The notes beneath the pieces are model-generated. The model ran no database searches, had not been told where the DNA came from, and saw only the letters and a program-made list of their open reading frames with translations. Below, piece by piece: positions 8,691 to 15,232 of a stretch of DNA of 43,062 bases. The stretch lies in NCBI GenBank assembly GCA_964412905.1, contig CAYPQL010000003.1, positions 1-43,062 on the forward strand. The letters run 5' to 3'. Both the position numbers and the translations under genes were made by a program. This DNA comes from an uncultured Candidatus Saccharibacteria bacterium. Lineage in GTDB: Bacteria; Patescibacteriota; Minisyncoccia; JAHIHE01; JAGLIN01. How positions within the stretch are numbered: the first letter of the stretch is position 1; every line of letters starts with the position of its first letter.

Positions 8691-8798
8691 ACTATGGAAC
8701 CGTCATAATTGTAAAATTCACAAAACGAAACTAGCAATTTAACAATACAACAATTTAACAATAGAGCAATAGAGTAATTTAATACCTAAAATAAAAAT

Positions 8799-9821
8799 AT
8801 GCAAAAAATAACACTGCCGGAAAAACCGATAATAACAAAAAATGACGGTAATTTCGCGGTTTTTGAAATCAGATCGTGCTATCCGGGATACGGTTCAACG
8901 ATAGGAAACGCCTTGCGCAGAGTTTTGCTTTCAAGCTTGGCGGGATCCGCTATAACATCAGTGAAGATTGCGGGAGCGAATCATGAATTTTCCACAATTC
9001 CGGGAGTGGTTGAAGACGCGGTTGAAATAATTCTCAATTTGAAAAAAATAAAATTTAAAACGCACACTGACGAGCCGGTAAAACTTAGCTTGAAGGTTTC
9101 CAAGGAAGGCGAAGTGAAAGCCTCGGACATAGAAAAAAATAGCGATGTGGAAATAGCCAATAAAGACGCTCATATCGCGACTATAACCGGCAAAGGAAGC
9201 GTTTTGGATATGGAAATGAAAGTGGAAAAAGGAATCGGCTATCTGCCCATTGAACAGCAGGATGAGAACAAGCTTGAAATCGGAAACATCGCGATTGACG
9301 CGATTTTCGCCCCGATAAGAAAAGTGAATTACAAAGTGGAAAATATGCGCGTCGGGAAATTAACAAATTACGACAAATTGATTTTTGAGATAGAAACAGA
9401 CGGAAGCATAACCCCCGAAGAGGCTTTTAAGGAAGCAACCAGATTGCTTGTGGAACATTTTAATTTATTCAGAGAAGTGATTGACCAAAAAACGGAGCAG
9501 AAAGAAAAAAGCGCGAAAATAGAGAAAAAGGAATTATTGAAAGAAGACAGGGAGGCGGAAAAAGAAAAAGAGAAAGAAGAAAAAGAAGAGAAAGAAGAAC
9601 AGCAAAAAGAAAGCAGCGAGGAAACTTTGAAAATGCCAGTTGAAGATATCGGCTTATCTTCCCGCATCTCAAAAATTTTAGCTGAAAATAAAATAAAGAC
9701 CGTTGGCAAGATTGTCAAAAAAGCCGAGGAAGATCTGCAAGAATTGCCGGGAATGGGAGATAAGGGCATTAAGGAAGTTAAAAAGGCTTTGGGAAAGTTC
9801 GGCTTAACTCTGAAAAAATAA
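8799..9821 (+). CDS. rpoA: DNA-directed RNA polymerase alpha subunit
   Basis: 340 aa. NTD motifs (G.T.GNALRR.LLSS..G.A...V.I) and a helix-hairpin-helix CTD (LS.R....L....I.TVG.....E.DL...P..G.K...E.). They are joined by a long Lys/Glu-rich linker. Confidence 0.9.
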   Translation: MQKITLPEKPIITKNDGNFAVFEIRSCYPGYGSTIGNALRRVLLSSLAGSAITSVKIAGANHEFSTIPGVVEDAVEIILNLKKIKFKTHTDEPVKLSLKVSKEGEVKASDIEKNSDVEIANKDAHIATITGKGSVLDMEMKVEKGIGYLPIEQQDENKLEIGNIAIDAIFAPIRKVNYKVENMRVGKLTNYDKLIFEIETDGSITPEEAFKEATRLLVEHFNLFREVIDQKTEQKEKSAKIEKKELLKEDREAEKEKEKEEKEEKEEQQKESSEETLKMPVEDIGLSSRISKILAENKIKTVGKIVKKAEEDLQELPGMGDKGIKEVKKALGKFGLTLKK

Positions 9822-9859
9822 TTATTTAGAAATGAATTTAAAGAGTATAAAATATCACT

Positions 9860-10207
9860 ATGAAACATAAATCAAAAGGAAGGCAATTCAAGAGAAATAA
9901 ATCGCAAAGAAAAGCTTTAATGAAACATTTGTCCGAGGCGATTATTTTGCAAGAGAAGATTACTACGACCGCGGCCAAAGCGAAAGAGCTTTCTGTTCAT
10001 ATTGAAAAATTGATAACAACGGCAAAGAAAAATAATCTTTCAGCGGCCAAATCTATCCACAGCATTCTGTGCGATGAGGCTTCCAAGAAATTATTAAAAC
10101 AAATCTCCGACAGATATAAAGACAGAAGCGGGGGATATACGAGAATTATAAAAATAGCCGAGAGAAAAGGCGATGCCGCTCAAATGTCCGTGATAGAGTT
10201 TGTATAA
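9860..10207 (+). CDS. rplQ: 50S ribosomal protein L17
   Basis: 115 aa. Pattern MKHK.KGR.F.R...QRKAL...L...I....I.TT..KAKE plus GGYTRI.K...R.GD.A. Confidence 0.9.
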   Translation: MKHKSKGRQFKRNKSQRKALMKHLSEAIILQEKITTTAAKAKELSVHIEKLITTAKKNNLSAAKSIHSILCDEASKKLLKQISDRYKDRSGGYTRIIKIAERKGDAAQMSVIEFV

Positions 10208-10230
10208 ATCGTATTATTAGTTTATTAAAA

Positions 10231-10276
10231 ATTAACGAATTGCGGATTAACGGATTAAACTTTTTAATTCGTTAAT
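10231..10276 (+). terminator. Hairpin after rplQ (ATTAACGAATT ... AATTCGTTAAT)
   Basis: 11-bp perfect inverted repeat built from ATTAACGGATT words. There is no clean U-tract, so terminator function is uncertain. Confidence 0.35.
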
Positions 10277-10325
10277 AAATAATTTATAATGCAATACAAC
10301 AATTTAGCAATAAAGTATTAATTTT

Positions 10326-10757
10326 ATGCCGAAAGAAAAAATTAAGAATAAGAAAAAACTAATCCAAAGAGAATGGCATATTTTTGACGCGTCTGAAGAA
10401 AGTTTTGGCAGACTGGCGTCAAAAATCGCAATCTTGCTCAGGGGAAAAAATAAAGTAAGTTTTACTCCCCACATTGATAACGGGGATTATGTTGTCGTTG
10501 TTAATACTGATAATCTAAAATACACGGGAAACAAAGACGGCAAAAAAATATATTACAGCCATAGCTGGTATTTGGGAGGATTGAAAGAAATTACTTTGGG
10601 AAAGCAGATTGAAAAAGATTCAAAAATGGTTATAAAAATGGCGGTATATGGAATGCTGCCAAAAAATAAATTGAGAGATCAAATGATAAAAAGGTTAAAC
10701 ATATACGCCAAGAGCGAACATCCTTTTGAAAAAAAATTCAGTAAACAGCCTAAATAA
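10326..10757 (+). CDS. rplM: 50S ribosomal protein L13
   Basis: 143 aa. W...DA....GRLAS.IA..LRGK.K..FTPH.D.GD.VVV.N pattern. Confidence 0.95.
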   Translation: MPKEKIKNKKKLIQREWHIFDASEESFGRLASKIAILLRGKNKVSFTPHIDNGDYVVVVNTDNLKYTGNKDGKKIYYSHSWYLGGLKEITLGKQIEKDSKMVIKMAVYGMLPKNKLRDQMIKRLNIYAKSEHPFEKKFSKQPK

Positions 10758-10766
10758 ACATAAATT

Positions 10767-11177
10767 ATGAGCGAAAATAATGAAAAGTATTTTTACGCGA
10801 CGGGCAGGAGAAAATCCGCGGTCGCCAAAGTAAGGCTTTATGAAGATGATAAAAAAGAATCGTTGCTGGTGAATAACAAAGAATATAAAGATTATTTTTC
10901 CAACAACAGCGTTCTTATTGATAAAGTTTATTCTCCTTTTAAGCTTCTTCATCTTGAAAATAAATTCAGAGTCTCGGCGATGGTCAATGGCGGCGGGCCT
11001 AACGGCCAAGCCGAAGCGATCAGACTGGGCATAGCCAGGGCACTTTTGGTTTTGAATGAAGAATATAAAAAAGAGCTGAGAGCTTCTGAATACTTGACAA
11101 GAGATCCGAGAAAAGTTGAAAGAAAAAAGCCTGGACTCAAAAAAGCCAGACGCGCTCCGCAATGGAAGAAGAGATAG
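10767..11177 (+). CDS. rpsI: 30S ribosomal protein S9
   Basis: 136 aa. GRRK.AVA.V.L, GGG..GQA.A.R.GIARAL and a C-terminal TRD.R.VERKK.G..KARR..Q..KR. Confidence 0.95.
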   Translation: MSENNEKYFYATGRRKSAVAKVRLYEDDKKESLLVNNKEYKDYFSNNSVLIDKVYSPFKLLHLENKFRVSAMVNGGGPNGQAEAIRLGIARALLVLNEEYKKELRASEYLTRDPRKVERKKPGLKKARRAPQWKKR

Positions 11178-11200
11178 GATATATAAAAATAATATTTTTA

Positions 11201-11237
11201 AAGCAGGCGATTCTCGAGGGTCGCTTGTTTTTTTGTT
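11201..11237 (+). terminator. Intrinsic terminator of rplM-rpsI
   Basis: AAGCAGGCGA pairs with TCGCTTGTTT (with G-T pairs), followed by a T-run. Confidence 0.55.
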
Positions 11238-11322
11238 TGTTAATTTAACTTTCCATTCGTTGGCTCTAGTTTTCTAACCAGAGCCTTTTGTTAAATTTCT
11301 TCAAACAATCTTAGCGCAAAAT

Positions 11323-11370
11323 AAAACATAGTGTCTTTTAGGACGATCGTCCTGAAAGACACTATGTTTT
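11323..11370. terminator. Long perfect palindrome, bidirectional terminator-like
   Basis: AAAACATAGTGTCTTT.AGGACGA / TCGTCCT.AAAGACACTATGTTTT, flanked by an A-run and a T-run. Confidence 0.6.
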
Positions 11371-11381
11371 ATTTTTTCGGT

Positions 11382-11508
11382 TTGACTATTTTACTCAATA
11401 TGCTATTTTACCAATAGAAAATGAATCACAATTTATTAACCTAAAACCTCTGGGCTTTTTGTTTGGAGTATGGTTTAAAATCCATTCACACAAAAGCGGT
11501 CTTCTGAT
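11382..11508 (+). promoter_or_regulatory. Repeated promoter-plus-leader module, copy 1 (upstream of the AntA-like gene)
   Basis: TTGACT (11382-11387), N16, TGcTATTTT. Then a conserved ~90-nt leader containing the mini-ORF ATGAATCACAATTTATTAACCTAA (11421-11444) and the AACC..CTCT..GGAG..GGTT helix. Confidence 0.6.
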
Positions 11509-11533
11509 GAATAAATTATTTTCGTAAAATCTT

Positions 11534-12499
11534 ATGAATGAAATAATAAATATTAAGGTAGTTCAAAAAACAATAGACAATGAGAAAAAGCGATTTGTGA
11601 ATGCGCGAGAATTGCATAAGTGGCTAAAGGCAGGTAAGTTTTTTGCTAACTGGATAAAAGACAGAATAGAGAAGTATGATTTTACAGAGGGTACAGATTT
11701 TTTTAAAGTGATACCATATAAAGAGTTGAAGCAAGCTAAAGATTTTGATCTCGCAATTTTAGGAAATCGAAATGAAGAGCTGAAACAAGCCAAAAGTTTT
11801 GATTTGCCAAATCTGGCAAATCAAAAGTCAAAACGAGGCGGAGATGTAAGAAGCATAGATTATATTTTAACAATTGATATGGCAAAAGAGATAGCGATGC
11901 TTGAAAATAATGAATTAGGCAAGAAGGTGAGAAAATATTTTATCAGAACGGAGGAGCGATTCAAAGAGGTTATGCGCGTGGCTTTAAATAATCCAAAATT
12001 TGTTAATCAGCTTTCTGAAGATTTTAAGGAAACAAGAGAAGAGACAAAGGATTACAGAAAAGATTTTACGGACAGCATAAAAAAATGCGTCTCGGCTAAA
12101 TTTTATGGAACTTACACGGATATGCTGTATAAGTTTTTATTTGTAGAAAGGGCGAAGGAATATAGGAAATTATTAAATTTAGCCAAAAAAGATTTAACCA
12201 GAAATACAATGTATGAGGAGATATTGTTTATCATTGGTAGTTTTGAAACGGGCTTAGCTGGGGAGTTGGAGAAAAAATATAAGAAAAAAGAAAAGCGTTT
12301 AAATCAGCAAGAATTTATAAAAACTTTTGAACAATTTTCTTCAACGCAAAACTGGGATGCTTATAAAAAGAGGGTTAGAAAAATAATGGCGACTTATGAC
12401 GAGGAATTAAGAAATATCAAGCATCCGAAGTTGATTGATTATAGAAAAGAGTTCACAAGCGAGGATATTAAAAAACTGCTGGGGCATAGTGGCGTTTGA
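11534..12499 (+). CDS. AntA/AntB-type antirepressor-like protein (phage-derived N-terminal domain)
   Basis: 321 aa. The N-terminal ARELHKWLKAGKFFANWIKDRIEKYDFTEGTDF matches the AntA domain pattern. A tandem internal KQAK.FDL repeat follows. Confidence 0.6.
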   Translation: MNEIINIKVVQKTIDNEKKRFVNARELHKWLKAGKFFANWIKDRIEKYDFTEGTDFFKVIPYKELKQAKDFDLAILGNRNEELKQAKSFDLPNLANQKSKRGGDVRSIDYILTIDMAKEIAMLENNELGKKVRKYFIRTEERFKEVMRVALNNPKFVNQLSEDFKETREETKDYRKDFTDSIKKCVSAKFYGTYTDMLYKFLFVERAKEYRKLLNLAKKDLTRNTMYEEILFIIGSFETGLAGELEKKYKKKEKRLNQQEFIKTFEQFSSTQNWDAYKKRVRKIMATYDEELRNIKHPKLIDYRKEFTSEDIKKLLGHSGV

Positions 12500-12518
12500 A
12501 ATGAAATATTAAAAACAT

Positions 12519-12554
12519 AAAACACTATGGTAATATGAATTATCATAGTGTTTT
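12519..12554. terminator. Palindromic terminator AAAACACTATGGTAAT-ATGA-ATTATCATAGTGTTTT
   Basis: 12-bp stem (one G-T pair) flanked by A4 and T4. Member of the CTATGATAAT palindrome family. Confidence 0.65.
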
Positions 12555-12566
12555 ATTGCTTGCTCG

Positions 12567-12690
12567 TTGACTTTTTTACTCAATATGCTATTCTACCGAT
12601 AGAAAATGAATCACAATCTATTAACCTAACCTCCGGGCTTTTTGTTTGGAGTATGGTTGAAATTCTAGAGTATAGAAGCGGTCTTCTGAT
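12567..12690 (+). promoter_or_regulatory. Repeated promoter-plus-leader module, copy 2 (upstream of the KilA-N gene)
   Basis: TTGACT (12567-12572), N16, TGcTATTCT (12589-12594). The leader is near-identical to copy 1, including the mini-ORF, which carries a synonymous TTA-to-CTA change. Confidence 0.6.
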
Positions 12691-12708
12691 AAAATTCAAA
12701 ATAAAAAT

Positions 12709-13539
12709 ATGGCGAATCAAAAAATTATTGTTCAAAATACTGAAATTGTTTTGTTTTCGGAGGGAAAGGATGATTTTATATCTTTAACTGATATTGCTAA
12801 ATATAAAAATTCGGAGTTTCCGGCGGACGTGATAAAAAATTGGATGAGAAATCGCGGGACTATAGAATATCTGGGATTGTGGGAGAGGATTAATAATCCG
12901 AATTTTAAACTGGTCGAATTCGACGAGTTTAGAAATGAGGCAGGGAGCAATTCGTTTGTGCTTTCTCCTAAAAAATGGATTAACCATGTTAATGCCGCGG
13001 GGTTGATAAATAAAGCGGGGAGATATGGCGGCGGGACTTTCGCGCATAAGGACATTGCTTTTGAATTTGCTTCATGGATTTCAGCGGAGTTCAAGCTGTA
13101 TCTTATAAAAGAATTTCAGAGGCTTAAAAGCGATGAAAATGTTCGCTTAAAGCTGGATTGGAGCGCGAAAAGATTTTTAGCCAAGGCAAACTATCGCGTG
13201 CATACGGACGCCGTGAAGGAGAAATTAATTCCGGCGCAAATTTCAAAAAAGCAAATCAAGATGATTTACGCGGACGAAGCCGATGTCCTGAATGTGGCGC
13301 TTTTTAGCCAAACCGCGAAAGAATGGAGGGACAAGAATTCCGGCAAAAAAGGCAATATGCGGGATTACGCGGATATTATCCAGCTGGTATGCCTTGCCGG
13401 GCTGGAAAGTCTTAATGCGGAGTTTATCAGGCAGGGAATTGATCAAGGCGAAAGATTAAAAAAGCTAAATAAGATTGCGATTATTCAGATGAGGGCGCTA
13501 ACTATGGATAAAAACGGAAGGAAGATTTTGACTAAATAA
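12709..13539 (+). CDS. KilA-N domain-containing protein
   Basis: 276 aa. Matches the KilA-N pattern: ISLTDIAKYK, NWMRNRGTIEYLGLWE..NNPNFK, GRYGGGTFAHKDIAFEFASWISAEFKLYLIKEFQRLK. Confidence 0.8.
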   Translation: MANQKIIVQNTEIVLFSEGKDDFISLTDIAKYKNSEFPADVIKNWMRNRGTIEYLGLWERINNPNFKLVEFDEFRNEAGSNSFVLSPKKWINHVNAAGLINKAGRYGGGTFAHKDIAFEFASWISAEFKLYLIKEFQRLKSDENVRLKLDWSAKRFLAKANYRVHTDAVKEKLIPAQISKKQIKMIYADEADVLNVALFSQTAKEWRDKNSGKKGNMRDYADIIQLVCLAGLESLNAEFIRQGIDQGERLKKLNKIAIIQMRALTMDKNGRKILTK

Positions 13540-13564
13540 AAATAAGATTTAAAGATAAAAATAT

Positions 13565-13603
13565 AAAACACTATGGTAATATGAATTATCATAGTGTTTT
13601 TTT
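13565..13603. terminator. Palindromic terminator (same sequence as 12519)
   Basis: AAAACACTATGGTAATATGAATTATCATAGTG followed by T7. Confidence 0.65.
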
Positions 13604-13613
13604 GTTTTTTGGT

Positions 13614-13716
13614 TTGACTTTTTTATTTGGCGTGCTATTCTACCAACAGAAAATGAATCACAATTTAGAAACCTAACCTTCGGGCTTTTTTGTTTGGAGT
13701 ATGGTTGAAATCCTAG
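13614..13716 (+). promoter_or_regulatory. Repeated promoter-plus-leader module, copy 3 (no ORF of its own downstream)
   Basis: TTGACT (13614-13619), N16, TGcTATTCT (13636-13641), then the conserved leader (mini-ORF MNHNLET). It is followed immediately by a separate promoter. Confidence 0.55.
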
Positions 13717-13731
13717 AACACATTTATTTAT

Positions 13732-13759
13732 TTGACACAATTTTTTTAACTGCTACAAT
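13732..13759 (+). promoter_or_regulatory. Promoter TTGACA-N16-TGcTACAAT for the riboswitch transcript
   Basis: TTGACA at 13732-13737, TG at 13751-13752, TACAAT at 13754-13759. Confidence 0.6.
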
Positions 13760-13778
13760 GCGATCAGACAATTAAATA

Positions 13779-13946
13779 AGTTTATCCAGAGTACGGCGAG
13801 GGAACTAGCCCCAAGACCCGTCAGCAACCCTTGAATGGTGATTCCATCAAGAAGGTGCTAATTCTAGCCCTAAAAAGGAAAGATACAGGTCGTTTTTTGT
13901 TTTTCTGGAACAAAAATATCTTTCTCTTCTCGGGAAAGATTTTTTA
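13779..13946 (+). promoter_or_regulatory. SAM-I (S-box) riboswitch with terminator expression platform
   Basis: The aptamer core matches the S-box consensus blocks: TTATCCAGAG, GGCGAGGGAACTAGCCC, AGACCCGTCAGCAACC, GGTGCTAATTCTAGC, GGAAAGATAC. The terminator is ATCTTTC (13918-13924) / GAAAGAT (13934-13940) plus a T-run. The same ATCTTTC can instead pair with GAAAGAT (13878-13884) of the aptamer 3' strand, acting as an antiterminator. Confidence 0.85.
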
Positions 13947-13967
13947 ATTTTCTAAATATAAAACACA

Positions 13968-14699
13968 ATGGAAAATAAATTTAAAGAGCTATGCGATTTT
14001 TATCTTTTAGACGGTAAGTTATTATATGTTTCTCGAGAGTTTATAGGTTTTGATCCTGTTATCAGTAAGGGGTTGTCTTGTGAACGCAATAAAAAAAGTA
14101 ACACTACAATTAAGCTTGATGAATTTAAATTGGGCGATTCTTCGTTTAATGCCATCCTGACAAACCATATTAGCTGGGGACCGTTAAGCGGGTATCGGCG
14201 GGCAGAGATATTAAGAAATGGCAGGACTATCATCAACTATGAACATGGCGGTATGGGACACGGGTCGAACTATTGTAAGGGAAATTATTTTCATTTGGAA
14301 AATGGAAATGCTTTTCTGCTAAAAAACGGATATGCGCTCAGAGATGTATCTACTGACAAAATTTATTCAAACCTTAATCATGACAATGATTATTTATTTT
14401 GGTTCAAGGATGTAGTCATTCCCATTGCGGGCAAATTGTGGCCAGTTGATGGCAGTGCGTTAGATTATGACAAAATTTACCATCGCGCCGAAATCGAACC
14501 GCTAAGGCAAATTCAATGGGATGCGCATGTAAATTTTAATAGCCAGCATATTTATATCAAAAAAACGGCGGTTCCATATTGTTGGCAAACTTTATGGGAA
14601 TCCGCTAATAAATATGAGGAATTCAAAAGAATGGATCAAGAGGGTTTTAGGGCGCTGGGCAGGATAGAGTTTAACGATATTGGTTTTGAGAGATACTAG
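13968..14699 (+). CDS. Hypothetical protein (riboswitch-controlled), family not recognised
   Basis: 243-aa ORF 20 nt after the riboswitch terminator. Soluble and Trp/His/Gly-rich (HGGMGHGSNYCKGNYFH). No motif I can name. Confidence 0.6.
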   Translation: MENKFKELCDFYLLDGKLLYVSREFIGFDPVISKGLSCERNKKSNTTIKLDEFKLGDSSFNAILTNHISWGPLSGYRRAEILRNGRTIINYEHGGMGHGSNYCKGNYFHLENGNAFLLKNGYALRDVSTDKIYSNLNHDNDYLFWFKDVVIPIAGKLWPVDGSALDYDKIYHRAEIEPLRQIQWDAHVNFNSQHIYIKKTAVPYCWQTLWESANKYEEFKRMDQEGFRALGRIEFNDIGFERY

Positions 14700-14794
14700 T
14701 TAATTTTTTGGTGAAAAATTTGTGAATGAAACCTGTTAAAATGGCGGGACTTGTGATATAATTAAATTAATTAATTAATGGTTAAACTAAAAAT

Positions 14795-15130
14795 ATGATT
14801 ATAGATGAACTTAAGAATGTGAAATTTAACAAATCTCCAGCAATAATATCCGCAGTCTTATTACTGCTAGCACTTTTGTCGTGGCCTTATGGTTTTTATA
14901 CTTTTCTCAGGATAGCAGTTACGGGCGCGGCGATTTATTACAGTTATTTTCTTTATCAGCAAAACTTAACAGAAAAGATGAGTTTCTGGTTTTGGGGATT
15001 GATTGTCGTCATTATTCTCTTCAATCCTATTTTTCCGATTTATTTAAACAGAGGAGTTTGGGAGATTCTGGATATTTTAACGGCGGTGTTTTTTGCGGGG
15101 ATGGTTTGGAAGGTTGAGGATAAGGGTTAA
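14795..15130 (+). CDS. Small integral membrane protein
   Basis: 111 aa with 3-4 hydrophobic helices. Preceded by GGGACTTGTGATATAAT (14746-14762). Confidence 0.6.
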   Translation: MIIDELKNVKFNKSPAIISAVLLLLALLSWPYGFYTFLRIAVTGAAIYYSYFLYQQNLTEKMSFWFWGLIVVIILFNPIFPIYLNRGVWEILDILTAVFFAGMVWKVEDKG

Positions 15131-15232
15131 AAATATGATTGAATATGTGGTTATTGGATTGCCTGACTGATTATGGGGACTTGTGGTATAATGGAAATGG
15201 ATAATGATTAACTATATAATTGAATAAAAATT

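Noticed and set aside
8454-8708. 84-aa ORF between rpsD and rpoA
   Set aside because: It is the translation of low-complexity word repeats and the TGTCAT palindromic element (…VIPSVAEGST…). It has no start context, and the same DNA is better explained as an inverted-repeat element.
12548-12787. 79-aa ORF overlapping the second promoter-leader module and the KilA-N start
   Set aside because: It spans the terminator, the promoter and a leader conserved as DNA in three copies. The other copies do not keep this reading frame.
11534-13539. Calling the region a prophage because of the AntA-like and KilA-N genes
   Set aside because: No integrase, terminase, portal, capsid, tail or lysis genes are present, and no att-like direct repeats flank a phage-sized block. 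Only phage-derived regulatory domains are present.
14881-15117. 78-aa ORF overlapping the 111-aa membrane protein gene in another frame, and similar same-strand overlaps at 16025-16246, 18507-18716, 20094-20285 and 38763-38966
   Set aside because: They are fully nested within longer ORFs that have coherent hydrophobicity or domain signatures, and they have no independent support.
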